From a virus: a stretch of DNA of 64,000 bases. Made by a program: the position numbers and the translations under genes. The stretch is taken from positions 25,842 to 89,841 of IMG/VR virus record IMGVR_UViG_3300043774_001004. One strand, given 5' to 3'. Positions 17,997 through 28,677 of this stretch are shown one piece after another; the stretch's first letter is position 1, and each line of letters begins with the position of its first letter. The notes beneath the pieces are model-generated. The model was not told the origin of the DNA. It made no database searches and saw only the letters and a list, made by a program, of their open reading frames with translations.

Positions 17997-19661
17997 ATGC
18001 AGAGACTTTTAGTAATAACCCCACATCTTTCTACCGGCGGTTTACCACAATTTCTTTATAAAAAACTTACTGTACTCAAGGATCGATTTGAGATACATGT
18101 AGTAGAATGGGATGATATTACAGGTGGTGTCTTGGTCGTACAAAGAAACCTGATTAAGAATCTAGTTGGCCAAAATTTCTATACACTTGGCGCTAATAAA
18201 AATCAAATTCTAGAAATCATACAACGGGTTAAACCCAATGTCATTCACTTTGAAGAATTTCCAGAAACTTTTATAGACACTAAACTCGCCCAACGTATAT
18301 TTTCTGATAAAGGATATTACATTACCGAAACTACACATGGTACTGGCTTTAAAAAAGAGGATAAACTTTTCAAGGCTGATAAAACCATGTTTGTTTCTGA
18401 TATCAATTATACGCAATACGACTCTGTTACAAACAGGTCTGAGGTTATCAAACACCCAATAGTCAAGAACAGAGAGTCTATTTTATTAGAATTAGGTTTA
18501 GATCCAGATTATTTTCATGTCTTAAATGTCGGCCTATTTACACCTGGTAAAAATCAGGCTGAGATCATTGGATATGCAAGAAGGCTAAAGGATAAAAAAA
18601 TACAATTCCATTTTGTTGGCAATCAGGCTGGTAATTTTGAAAGTTACTGGAAGCCAATAATGGATAGTCTTCCAGATAATTGTAGAGTATGGGGTGAGAG
18701 AAATGATGTCTACAGATTCTACAGCGCCATGGACCTGTTTCTGTTTACCTCTATGCTTGAGAATAGACCCCTTTCTGTGTTAGAAGCCTTAGCCTATAAT
18801 ATGCCAGTGCTGATGTACAATCTCGATAACTACGGCACCGAATTTTCAAATATCGAAGGTATAAGATTTCTGACAACATTTGAAGAAAATCTAAAAATGA
18901 TTTATCCAGATATAGAAGAAAAGGTCGAAGAACCTTTCTATACACCCTTTGTTGAAATACAAGAAACTGTAGTAGATTTGCCAGAAGGAATACCATGCAT
19001 ACCATGTAAAAATAAGGTTACAGCAATGCATATCTTGACTGATATTGACACTCCTCGTGAAATTAGATCAATGCAGTCTTTGACAAAACTAAAAGATAGA
19101 AAAATCAACTATATTCCTGTAGTCAGTAAAAGATATACTGAATTACCACCTGCTGAAACATGTCAATATCCAGAAAGGATTAGCATGGAACCTGGAGGTA
19201 AACTTACACCAGGTCACTATGGTTGTTATCTAGGTCACAGAAAGGCATTTGAAATGGGTCTAGAAACAAATAGTGACTTTTTACTTATATTTGAATGTGA
19301 TGCCGTGATAGATGTGCCAATGGCCGAGTTTATGAAAAAGCTTAACTATGCCTGCACTGTATTACAAGAAACTGATCTTTTCTGGTTTTCATTTGGTTTC
19401 CATAACAATACAAACATTATAGAAAAGAATGAAAATTATTGGATAGTTGATGGCTTCTTTGGAGCACATGCCTATCTGATACCTAAAAAATCATTCGCCG
19501 AATTTAAAGAAATGTATGAAAAGAGCAAATGGAATGTAGCAGACCTATTATTTGTAGAAAAACTAAGTCACAAGAAAGCCGGTATATTTGAAAAGCCTTT
19601 AACATTACAGGCTGCAGGTTATTCTATACTTGATAAAATTGAAACCAATGACAGACACTAG
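17997..19661 (+). CDS. Glycosyltransferase fusion: GT4-like (GT-B) plus GT25-like domain
   Basis: HLSTGG, VGLFTPGKNQ, ENRPLSVLEA; C-terminal GCYLGH..LIFECD..AHAYLI. Confidence 0.8.
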   Translation: MQRLLVITPHLSTGGLPQFLYKKLTVLKDRFEIHVVEWDDITGGVLVVQRNLIKNLVGQNFYTLGANKNQILEIIQRVKPNVIHFEEFPETFIDTKLAQRIFSDKGYYITETTHGTGFKKEDKLFKADKTMFVSDINYTQYDSVTNRSEVIKHPIVKNRESILLELGLDPDYFHVLNVGLFTPGKNQAEIIGYARRLKDKKIQFHFVGNQAGNFESYWKPIMDSLPDNCRVWGERNDVYRFYSAMDLFLFTSMLENRPLSVLEALAYNMPVLMYNLDNYGTEFSNIEGIRFLTTFEENLKMIYPDIEEKVEEPFYTPFVEIQETVVDLPEGIPCIPCKNKVTAMHILTDIDTPREIRSMQSLTKLKDRKINYIPVVSKRYTELPPAETCQYPERISMEPGGKLTPGHYGCYLGHRKAFEMGLETNSDFLLIFECDAVIDVPMAEFMKKLNYACTVLQETDLFWFSFGFHNNTNIIEKNENYWIVDGFFGAHAYLIPKKSFAEFKEMYEKSKWNVADLLFVEKLSHKKAGIFEKPLTLQAAGYSILDKIETNDRH

Positions 19662-21207
19662 AAAAGGATTCATAATTACCTATTTTAAGACATCAGACCA
19701 GGGTGAGCAATTGCTTAAAGATCTTGTAGACACGATGAGTCGTGAAAACTATTATCTGGTTTTGGCTTCACATTCACCTGTGCCAGTTGAAATTTATTCA
19801 AAGTGTGATTACTATATTTACCAGGAATTAAATGTTGTAGATAATAGAAAATACTCACATGGCGTTGCAGAAAGCAACCTGATAGAACTTGCGCTTCTCC
19901 ATCTAGCATATAAAGAAATTGAATGGACTTATAAAGTATGTTATGATATTCAAGTCAATGATGTAACCCATTTTGAAAATTGGATAAAGGATGGCTACAA
20001 TTTTGTAACATGTAATTGGGGTGAATACTACGTTTGCACTAATTCATTTTATGGTAGCGTTGATTGGCTTTTATCAAACATAACATTCTACAAAAAAGTG
20101 AATGAAATGTTTTCAGACAGCAATGTACTTGAATTATGTTGGCAAAAATCAATAGAAAACAACGGTCTTAAGGGTGAAGTTTACACATGGTCAAACAAGA
20201 CTGAGTTTTTTGGGCCTAATAAGATTGACATTCTTTATTATGACTATGACAGATTTCAGTTTTGGTATAGTGAAGATGAGCGAAGGTTTTATATACAAAA
20301 TAATGGGTCTAACATCAGCTGTGAAGTTAAAATTTTTGAGTATTACACTGATCTATGCATTTACGGAAACAGATTTAATTTATCTACAAATGATTCCCAC
20401 TGGGTAATTCCACCAATGTCTGAATTTGTAAATAATTGCAAAAATGGTTTTTATGCTGAATTTTACATTGACGGTAATGTCATTAGAAAAAACATAAACA
20501 TTAGAAATTTTGAAGAAAAACATCCTCTTTCAAAAACATTTAAAGTCTTAAAAAAGGGTGAAAAAAGATTCGCAGAGTATGTTGCATTCAATGAATATCT
20601 CCAGTACAGACACTTAAATATAGATCTAGATAAAATTAAAAACTATGTAGATATTGGTGCTAATTATGGTTTTGCTAGTTTACCTTTCACGGAAAGAAAG
20701 TCTAAGATATACATGGTCGATGCGGATAAGGGTAATATAGATCTATTAAATGAGACATATGGTAATCGACATAATATAAAAATAATCTATAAAGCGATTT
20801 GTGATGTAGACGGTTCTGTAGATTTTTATAATGATGTACATAACAGCCTTGTTTCTAGTATAGATCCAATCGGACACGGTGGAGATAGTGTTAGAAATAA
20901 AGTCACTGTTCCTTCAATGACGATCAATACATTTATGGATAAGTATTTAGAAGAAGATGAGGTTGATTTAATGAAAATTGATATAGAAGGTGCAGAATAT
21001 AGTTTATTCAGGGCTGCAACTGAAGCAAATCTTAAAAGAGTAAAAAGTTTTTTGATTGAGTTTCACGGTAATGATAATTTTCAAATAATGGAAATTATAC
21101 AAAAATTGGCTAAATGTGATTTTAATTATAGAATCGATAATAGCTGGGGAAAAAATGACGAGTATATGGTTGAAAATAAAGCAGGTATAATTTATGCATG
21201 GAGATAA
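19648..21207 (+). CDS. Multidomain protein with C-terminal FkbM methyltransferase
   Basis: VDIGANYG, MKIDIEGAE, IEFH. Confidence 0.8.
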   Translation: MTDTRKGFIITYFKTSDQGEQLLKDLVDTMSRENYYLVLASHSPVPVEIYSKCDYYIYQELNVVDNRKYSHGVAESNLIELALLHLAYKEIEWTYKVCYDIQVNDVTHFENWIKDGYNFVTCNWGEYYVCTNSFYGSVDWLLSNITFYKKVNEMFSDSNVLELCWQKSIENNGLKGEVYTWSNKTEFFGPNKIDILYYDYDRFQFWYSEDERRFYIQNNGSNISCEVKIFEYYTDLCIYGNRFNLSTNDSHWVIPPMSEFVNNCKNGFYAEFYIDGNVIRKNINIRNFEEKHPLSKTFKVLKKGEKRFAEYVAFNEYLQYRHLNIDLDKIKNYVDIGANYGFASLPFTERKSKIYMVDADKGNIDLLNETYGNRHNIKIIYKAICDVDGSVDFYNDVHNSLVSSIDPIGHGGDSVRNKVTVPSMTINTFMDKYLEEDEVDLMKIDIEGAEYSLFRAATEANLKRVKSFLIEFHGNDNFQIMEIIQKLAKCDFNYRIDNSWGKNDEYMVENKAGIIYAWR

Positions 21208-23467
21208 AGTAAAATCTAGACTAATTGGTGGTTTCATCGAAGTCGAAAACATTACAGGTCAGTTATTAAACAACTGTGTTGTTTCTTTGAGAAATATATT
21301 TTCAGGTAATCTTATTTTCGAAAAAACGACTCTTCGTCCGGGTGAAATAAAGAAGTTTCCGATAATAGGGCCTTCAACATTTAGAAGCCAATGGGAGGAT
21401 GAAGCGCTTAACCTTAGGGTTTATAGCAACCATAGTCTTGTGCACAAGAAAATGTTTAAAGACAAAACTAAATGCTTTGTTGTTATATCAAATGATAAAT
21501 TTGAAAAGATTGCTGAGCAGTTAATAATCGGTTTAACAAGATATTCAAACATTGATATTTTACATTATACCATAGGTTATAAGTCTAGCTTAAATTATAG
21601 ATATCTCCAAAATATTGAATTTGATCTAAAGGGCGATATTAACGATCAGCAGTATATGCAATTTTCAAAGCCTCCGGTGTTTTTAGATGTCTTAAACAGG
21701 GGTTACAAAGCTGCTGTTTTTATAGATGCTGATGTGCAAGTTAGAAGCAATGTCGAAGATCTTTTCGGTTATATCAATCAGATAGAAGACGGTCCTGTAT
21801 TCCATAAATCACCCCATGAGTTTACAGTTGTCCATAATATGTACATACCAGGCCCATTACTTTCGGGTTTAATGGATCTCGGTATAGAAAAACAGTTAGC
21901 GCCACAGGGTATTACAAATGTCGTTATATTTAATCAAACACATAGAGACCTATTTGAGGAATGGAATACACTTTGTTTTTCAAAAGAAATTGAAGAAATC
22001 AGAAAAACGGAGTTTTTACATGATGAGCTCCTGATAAATTGTTTAATGTGGAAGAAGGGAGTTAAACCAAAACTTTTCTTTCTGACAACAAATGTCAATA
22101 CAATAAAAGACATTGAATTTTTCTACCATCATACTAAGAATTATTCCCCGCAGACAGATCTGAATGAATACGACCTTGGCTTTTTTGCACAATCTTTTAT
22201 CAACTATGAATCGGAAACTATATGTGGATTCCATTGTGTTAAAGATCCTGAAGTTGCAAAAAAAATAAATGATCTAATATACAAAAATGAAATAGGCCTT
22301 AGTTTCAAAGATGAGATTACTAACTTCTATGAAAACTTAGAAGTTTCTGATACTAGATTCTTTGAAGAGAAAAAGCCCATAATGATTAACCACTATATAA
22401 ATGGCCCTTATCTGGAAATAAAGGGTAGTGGCGATAGAAATTTCAATGTCAAGTTTCTCGACGGTAAATTAAATACTATTTATGAAAGTAGAATAGGTTG
22501 CAATATGTGGTCTAGACCGTCGGCGAGATATTATGATGAATACACTACACAGGTTTTCGAAAACGGTGAACTTGTATATGATGAAAAAATAAATCTTAAA
22601 GGTAAAAGGGTCTATATCAGTTTAGACTCAAGTTCTTTAGGCGACACATTTGCATGGTTTCCATATGCTGAAGAGTTTAGAAAAAAACATGGATGCCATG
22701 TAGTAGTTTCAACTTTCATGAATGACTTGTTTAAAGATCAATATCCAGATCTAGAATTTGTAGCACCTGGTACTAATGTCCAAGGCATTTATGCAATGTA
22801 TAACATCGGCTGGTACTATGATGATAAAGATCAGCCAGATCTCTCCAGGAATAAAGTTGACTTTAAAGCTATACCTTTACAGATGACGGCCACTGAAATA
22901 CTTGGTCTAGAATATAAAGAGGTTAAGCCACTTATCAAAGTTCCTAAAGTTGAAAAGAAGAAGAAGGTAGGTCTAGGTATACATTCAACGGCACAGGCAA
23001 AATACTGGAATAATCCAACTGGCTGGCAAGAGGTTACAGATTATTTAATAGCAAATGGTTATGAAGTTGTCATATATTCAAAAGAAGGTGACGACTACAT
23101 GGGTAATAAATTTCCTAAAGGTGCCACTAAGTTTCCAAATGGCCCAATTGAAAATGTAATTGAGGATATGGCCTCTTGTGAATTTTTTATAGGCATTGGA
23201 TCAGGGTTAAGTTGGTTAGCATGGGCAGTTGGTCTCCCAATGTTTTTGATTTCAGGATTTAGTGAAGAGTATTCTGAGCCTACAGAAAACGTGGTTAGAA
23301 TCATCAATAAAGACGTATGCCATGGATGCTTTAACAAGCACAGGCTTGATCCTGGCGACTGGAACTGGTGTCCGTTACACAAGGGTACCGAAAGACAATT
23401 TGAATGTACTAAAAGCATTACAGGACAGACCGTTATCGGTAAAATAAAAGAAGTACTAAGCAAATAA
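21194..23467 (+). CDS. GT-A-like domain fused to Aah/TibC-type autotransporter O-heptosyltransferase domain
   Basis: FIDAD; SSSLGDTFAWFPYAEEF; STAQAKYWNNPTGW; FIGIGSGLSWLAW; CHGC..WCP..FECTKSIT. Confidence 0.8.
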   Translation: MHGDKVKSRLIGGFIEVENITGQLLNNCVVSLRNIFSGNLIFEKTTLRPGEIKKFPIIGPSTFRSQWEDEALNLRVYSNHSLVHKKMFKDKTKCFVVISNDKFEKIAEQLIIGLTRYSNIDILHYTIGYKSSLNYRYLQNIEFDLKGDINDQQYMQFSKPPVFLDVLNRGYKAAVFIDADVQVRSNVEDLFGYINQIEDGPVFHKSPHEFTVVHNMYIPGPLLSGLMDLGIEKQLAPQGITNVVIFNQTHRDLFEEWNTLCFSKEIEEIRKTEFLHDELLINCLMWKKGVKPKLFFLTTNVNTIKDIEFFYHHTKNYSPQTDLNEYDLGFFAQSFINYESETICGFHCVKDPEVAKKINDLIYKNEIGLSFKDEITNFYENLEVSDTRFFEEKKPIMINHYINGPYLEIKGSGDRNFNVKFLDGKLNTIYESRIGCNMWSRPSARYYDEYTTQVFENGELVYDEKINLKGKRVYISLDSSSLGDTFAWFPYAEEFRKKHGCHVVVSTFMNDLFKDQYPDLEFVAPGTNVQGIYAMYNIGWYYDDKDQPDLSRNKVDFKAIPLQMTATEILGLEYKEVKPLIKVPKVEKKKKVGLGIHSTAQAKYWNNPTGWQEVTDYLIANGYEVVIYSKEGDDYMGNKFPKGATKFPNGPIENVIEDMASCEFFIGIGSGLSWLAWAVGLPMFLISGFSEEYSEPTENVVRIINKDVCHGCFNKHRLDPGDWNWCPLHKGTERQFECTKSITGQTVIGKIKEVLSK

Positions 23468-23469
23468 GT

Positions 23470-24528
23470 ATGGAATCAAACGAGGTTATAATTATTCTAG
23501 CACATTGCGATAACAGCAATAAACTTGAAATACTTGAGGAATGTATCGAATTGTGTAAAAAACAAAATAGGAAAATTATAATTTCAACAAATTATAAATT
23601 ACCTGAAAGGATATATGAAAAAGTAGATTACATCGTATATGAAAAGGAAAACAGGTTAATTTACCATTATGAAAATATACCAAGTGGGTATAGTTTTTTT
23701 ATAAATTTCCCAACATACTGGCATATTCAAAGGGTTGAGTATGATATCGGTTATGCTGCTTTACAATTGATAAAAAACGGTTTAAGCCTTTCAGTGCAAA
23801 AAGGATTTGTTAAATCACATTTTGTAAATTATGACTATCTAATACGCGAAGAAAACTTTTTTGAAAAATATGCAGCACTGTTAGGCTTAGAATATGATGC
23901 TATTTCATATTATTTTTGCCATGATTTTTTCTTTAACACTGGCATGTTTTCAGTCATTAACAAAACATTTTCTGAGACTTTAAAATCAGTTAATAATGTT
24001 TATGAGTATAGCAAATTACACAATGATGCCATATCATATAATGGTAACAACGGCGTTCTTGAAGGTATGCTGGATTATCTTTTTTATAAAAATAATTTAA
24101 AGTATCTAAAAGTAAAAGAAGAAAAGCTGGACGCAGAAATCAACGATTTCAATAAATTGTGTATCTTTTCAAGAAACAATTTTATAGAAAATACAGATAT
24201 TGAAGTTTATAAATCAACCGATGGTTTAGACTATTATCTTACGTTTATAAATCCCGGAAACGATAAATCTGACATAATAGAAATAAAATCAGAAGATGAA
24301 ATTATATCAATTAAATTCAATGAAATAATAGAGTATGTCAATGGTATAACAGGAATGCCCTTGTTTGTATTAAAGTTATCTGATAGTCTAGCCGGTAAAA
24401 ACATTATAGTCAATGTACCGACTAGGGGTTCTAAACTTATTAAGAGCAACTATAGTATAGCATCATGTGAAATACGCGACAAAAGAATTATATTTACAGA
24501 TGATGTCTTAATACAAAAATCGAATTAA
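23470..24528 (+). CDS. Hypothetical glycan-related protein (paralog of the 24562 N-terminus)
   Basis: IIILAHCDN..IIIS..VDY..HFVNYDY. Confidence 0.55.
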   Translation: MESNEVIIILAHCDNSNKLEILEECIELCKKQNRKIIISTNYKLPERIYEKVDYIVYEKENRLIYHYENIPSGYSFFINFPTYWHIQRVEYDIGYAALQLIKNGLSLSVQKGFVKSHFVNYDYLIREENFFEKYAALLGLEYDAISYYFCHDFFFNTGMFSVINKTFSETLKSVNNVYEYSKLHNDAISYNGNNGVLEGMLDYLFYKNNLKYLKVKEEKLDAEINDFNKLCIFSRNNFIENTDIEVYKSTDGLDYYLTFINPGNDKSDIIEIKSEDEIISIKFNEIIEYVNGITGMPLFVLKLSDSLAGKNIIVNVPTRGSKLIKSNYSIASCEIRDKRIIFTDDVLIQKSN

Positions 24529-24561
24529 ACAAAACTGATTATAACCTTACAAATCAAGATT

Positions 24562-26262
24562 ATGGACAATAGAAATAAAGAAATTGTAATTATACTTTCA
24601 CATTGCGATAATCAACGTAAAGTTGATAAGTTAAAAAAATGTGTGAATGTAATAAAAGAACAGGGTTACCCAATTATTATTTCCAGTCATATTAAGGTTC
24701 CTGATGACTTTTTTCCTGAGGTTGATTATGTTGTCTGTGATTCAGATAATCCGGTTATAAACAACATGGATAGTAATGAGATACCGTCCGGTGCACCTAA
24801 TATATGGTTTAAAGATGATTCATATTACCAGGTATCATACGTGAGATATAATTATTCATACGCAGTAATGAAGCTCATGAAATCTTCTGCAGGTGTTGCT
24901 TATGCAAACGGGTATGAAAAAATACATTTCATCAATTATGACTACGTTATTAACGATCCTGGCATACTAAAAAAGCATTTAATTTTATTAGAAAAACATG
25001 ACATAGTCGGTTATAATGAAAGTTATGAAGATCAAACTTACTTTAGTACAGGTATCTTCTCTGTAAATGCGCAGCCTTTTGTGTCAGCTTCAAATTCTAT
25101 AAATTCAAAGTCTGATTTTCTTTCATATGGGCAACCTATTTTAGAAAAATTTATACACGAGTATTATCATAAAAAGGCAGGTTTAAGCATAGAAAACTCT
25201 ATGCATATAGACACTATAAAAAATTCATGTGAAATAAACACCGAGGCGACATTTAATGGTATTATAGACGGTTTTAACGGTATCTTTTATTTGTTTTTTG
25301 CAAAAGACGAAGTCAAAAATAGTTACTATATTTCAACATGGGTAAATTCTGATTCATCAAAGCAGATTTTTTTGACAATTGATAATAAAAAAATTACAGT
25401 AGATACCTTACCATTTAATCAAAAAACAATAATAGACGTTACTGAAATTATAAAAAGTGGTAAAGTTATCAATGTTAGCGTTCCTGAATATCAATTCACA
25501 GATCAGTATCACCTCTTATATGAAACATCATACTGTGAAATACTCAACAATAATATAGTCAAAAGCATTGACAGTTTTGATTCCGTATTATTAAATGACG
25601 CCAATATTAAACCAAGAGCTTTTTCTGAAATTTCTAATAGCTTTGGTAGTGATAAATCATGGTATCATAAATATGACAAGGTATATCCTGACTTTCTAGA
25701 AAGATTTAGAAATGAAAGCTTTAATTTATTCGAAATAGGAATAGAAGCAGGCGGATCGTTCAAGTTATGGCAAGAATATTTTCCATATGCAAGAATATAT
25801 GGAATGGACATAGGCGTTGCCTTTAAAAATGAAAGAGGTGAAGTTTTTATCGGGGATCAAAGTAAAAAGGAAGACCTTGAAAGAATTGCTAATACTATAA
25901 AAGATAAGTGTAAAGTTATTATAGATGATGGTAGCCACGTAGCTGAGCATCAGCTTAAAACCTTTTACTATTTTTTCGAAAATCTATTAGACTATGGTGG
26001 AGTTTACATTATAGAAGACATAGAATGTAGTTATTGGAAGCCTGAGGTACATGTTTATGGTTATGAGAGCGGCCACTTCAATATAATCGACTATTTCACA
26101 AAATTAAACCATACCGTAAACAGTCACTATAGTTTACATGTAAATAATCTAAATATAAAATCTATAACATTTGCTTCTAATTGTATTATAGTAACAAAGA
26201 AAACAGAACATGATATAATAGAGGATAGTCAAAGATTTTATAGATTTGGAAATTTACTATGA
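24562..26262 (+). CDS. Multidomain protein with C-terminal sugar O-methyltransferase (MycE/TylE-like)
   Basis: SDKSWYHKY, FEIGIEAGGSFKLWQEYFP, GDQS, IIDDGSH, YIIED. Confidence 0.75.
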   Translation: MDNRNKEIVIILSHCDNQRKVDKLKKCVNVIKEQGYPIIISSHIKVPDDFFPEVDYVVCDSDNPVINNMDSNEIPSGAPNIWFKDDSYYQVSYVRYNYSYAVMKLMKSSAGVAYANGYEKIHFINYDYVINDPGILKKHLILLEKHDIVGYNESYEDQTYFSTGIFSVNAQPFVSASNSINSKSDFLSYGQPILEKFIHEYYHKKAGLSIENSMHIDTIKNSCEINTEATFNGIIDGFNGIFYLFFAKDEVKNSYYISTWVNSDSSKQIFLTIDNKKITVDTLPFNQKTIIDVTEIIKSGKVINVSVPEYQFTDQYHLLYETSYCEILNNNIVKSIDSFDSVLLNDANIKPRAFSEISNSFGSDKSWYHKYDKVYPDFLERFRNESFNLFEIGIEAGGSFKLWQEYFPYARIYGMDIGVAFKNERGEVFIGDQSKKEDLERIANTIKDKCKVIIDDGSHVAEHQLKTFYYFFENLLDYGGVYIIEDIECSYWKPEVHVYGYESGHFNIIDYFTKLNHTVNSHYSLHVNNLNIKSITFASNCIIVTKKTEHDIIEDSQRFYRFGNLL

Positions 26263-26278
26263 AAATAAACTACTATAA

Positions 26279-26305
26279 TAAACAAATCTATTACAAACAA
26301 TATAA
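26279..26305 (+). promoter_or_regulatory. Putative phage promoter TAAAC-N17-TATAA
   Basis: TAAAC 26279-26283, TATAA 26301-26305. Confidence 0.6.
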
Positions 26306-26324
26306 ATCAAAAATAATAAAGATT

Positions 26325-26510
26325 ATGACACAAGATCAAGCACTTTCAGTTTTAGTACAAGCAGCCAGAGTAGCTCAGGCAAAAGGAGCATTCACTCTAG
26401 AGGATGCTAAAGTAGTTGCAGAAGCAGTTGCGGTATTTACACCAGCTCAAAAAGAAGAGTCTGAAGTTACACCAACAGTTGACGCTGTAACAGAAGAAAG
26501 CGGTAACTAA
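26325..26510 (+). CDS. Small helical hypothetical protein
   Basis: MTQDQALSVLVQAARVAQAKGAF...; start chosen downstream of the promoter motif. Confidence 0.55.
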   Translation: MTQDQALSVLVQAARVAQAKGAFTLEDAKVVAEAVAVFTPAQKEESEVTPTVDAVTEESGN

Positions 26511-26519
26511 TCGCTTTCT

Positions 26520-27158
26520 ATGCGAATTGCCATCGCACCACCTAAATCTGGCCTACAAGATTACATAGACTGGTTATCGTTACACTTTTCTATTAGCGTT
26601 TTAGAGCCAGATGAGGACCTTACTAATTATCAAGGTCTAGTCCTTACAGGCGGTGCAGATATTGGTAAAAACCCAGAGCGCGACAGGATAGAAAAGATCT
26701 ATCTTGATCGCGCTCTCTTTTTGGGTATACCTGTTTTAGGTGTATGCAGAGGTCTTCAATTAGTCAATCTACATTTAGGCGGTACCCTATTAGATGATAT
26801 AGAAGAGACTGTATGTAACCACGGCTTAGACAGAGAGCTTCTTTCAAGAGATGGCATGAAAATATCTCAAATGCCATCTAGTTTCCATGACGTCTTTTTT
26901 GAAAACACGGTCATTAAAGTTAACTCAAGGCATCATCAGGCTATAGATATACTAGCGGACAGCTTAATATCACATGGCGTAGCCACTGATGGAATAATAG
27001 AGATGGCAGGCAACGATCAGTTTGTACTTGTCCAATGGCATCCAGAAAGACCTGAAGTTAGAGACATGATATGCTCTACCATGGTCATAGAAAAATTTAA
27101 AGATTTGATAAATGAAAAAGCAAGTCAAGATCAAGCCAAGCATAGTCAAGCCAGATAG
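26520..27158 (+). CDS. Class I glutamine amidotransferase / peptidase C26 (PuuD-like)
   Basis: LTGGADI, GVCRGLQ, NSRHHQ, QWHPE. Confidence 0.88.
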   Translation: MRIAIAPPKSGLQDYIDWLSLHFSISVLEPDEDLTNYQGLVLTGGADIGKNPERDRIEKIYLDRALFLGIPVLGVCRGLQLVNLHLGGTLLDDIEETVCNHGLDRELLSRDGMKISQMPSSFHDVFFENTVIKVNSRHHQAIDILADSLISHGVATDGIIEMAGNDQFVLVQWHPERPEVRDMICSTMVIEKFKDLINEKASQDQAKHSQAR

Positions 27159-28677
27159 AGTTCCTGCTCAGATGCCAACTGTCAGAAGGGGCTCAGGCGG
27201 CCCAGATGACAATGGCGGATCACATATGGATGCAAGGCAAAGGGCAATGGCTGAAATAGCCAGACAGAATTACAACAAGGTAATGGGCAGAAGAACCGGT
27301 AAAGACTATAGCGGTTACGTGGGAGATCCTCTTACTAAAAATATGTCACAGATCGGCGATGCTAAAAGGTCAGATACTGTATTTATTATAGGAGGAGGCC
27401 CATCCCTTATAGGTTTTGATTTTAATTCACTTACAGGTCGTGATACAATAGTTGTAAATAAAGCTGTAGAGTATGTGCCAAATCCTACATACTTTATAAC
27501 AATGGACTATTCTTATCTTTCAAAATCAGAACACTGGATAGCCAATTATTCTAAAAGAGGTATCAGTACTGTGTTTGTTGCCAATATGACAGGCAATCTA
27601 GCAAAAAAGGAAGAAATATATGTAGACACTAAGTTTAATATACGTTATACTAAACTGGGTGAGTTTAACTATGTTATAGAGTCTAAATATAGAATACATC
27701 CGAAAACAGGATTTGGTAAAACTTTAGGAGATTTTGCACATGGTGACAACAGCGGATTCTGCGCTGTACAGTTGGCTATTTTACTAGGGTATGAAAAAAT
27801 ATATTTGCTAGGTTTTGACATGAAGGCGGAAAGAAATACTAAAACGCATTTTCATGACGGTTATAAGGGCTCTAGTAGCATAAGAGGCAACATTGCAGGC
27901 TATGCAGAAAATATGAAAAACGCTTTAAGGTTAGTAAATGAACCAGAAAGGATCATCAGCTGCTCTCAGAGCAGTTCATTAAACCAGTACATCAAATTTA
28001 AAAATTATGATGACATAAAGACGCAGTATTTTATACAAGAAGATAACATACAAGAAGATATGGAACAAAACAATATTAAGGGATTATCGAATCTAGTGAT
28101 TGTTGGTTATTACACCGTAAATACACCCTATCAAAATGAGGCGGTTAAGCTAATCAATTCATGTAAGAGGCTCGGCTTAAACCATGATATTATTGGAGTT
28201 GATAATCTAGGTAGCTGGCAATCAAACACTAGATATAAAGCAAAATTTATGGGTGATATGCTCTTAAAGCATCCCGATAAAAGGCTTTTATATGTAGACT
28301 GTGACGCAGTAATACACAGGTTACCTGATCTATTTAAGAGTTATTCAGCAGACATCGCAGTTAGATTCCAGGACTTCAAATGGAGAAAGAATGAATGTCT
28401 TAGTGGAACAATCTACATGGAAAACAATCTTAAGACCAGAAAGCTTTGTGAAATATGGGGTAAGATTAACAAGAGTGAAGGCCCACAGGCTAAAACATTT
28501 GAACAATGGAATTTAGGTGCTGCAATTGAACAAATGGCTAAATCAGACGGTCTGGTCTGTAAGAACTTACCACCTGAATATACATTTATTTTTGACTCAA
28601 TGAGAAAAATGTACCCAAATGCGGTTCCAGTAATTGAGCATTTTCAAGCAAGTAGAAAATATAAACATAAAGTATGA
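27112..28677 (+). CDS. Fusion of DUF115/Maf-like domain and GT-A glycosyltransferase
   Basis: IIGGGPSL, NSG..QLA..LG..IYLLGFD; C-terminal YVDCDA, IEHFQASR. Confidence 0.7.
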   Translation: MKKQVKIKPSIVKPDRVPAQMPTVRRGSGGPDDNGGSHMDARQRAMAEIARQNYNKVMGRRTGKDYSGYVGDPLTKNMSQIGDAKRSDTVFIIGGGPSLIGFDFNSLTGRDTIVVNKAVEYVPNPTYFITMDYSYLSKSEHWIANYSKRGISTVFVANMTGNLAKKEEIYVDTKFNIRYTKLGEFNYVIESKYRIHPKTGFGKTLGDFAHGDNSGFCAVQLAILLGYEKIYLLGFDMKAERNTKTHFHDGYKGSSSIRGNIAGYAENMKNALRLVNEPERIISCSQSSSLNQYIKFKNYDDIKTQYFIQEDNIQEDMEQNNIKGLSNLVIVGYYTVNTPYQNEAVKLINSCKRLGLNHDIIGVDNLGSWQSNTRYKAKFMGDMLLKHPDKRLLYVDCDAVIHRLPDLFKSYSADIAVRFQDFKWRKNECLSGTIYMENNLKTRKLCEIWGKINKSEGPQAKTFEQWNLGAAIEQMAKSDGLVCKNLPPEYTFIFDSMRKMYPNAVPVIEHFQASRKYKHKV

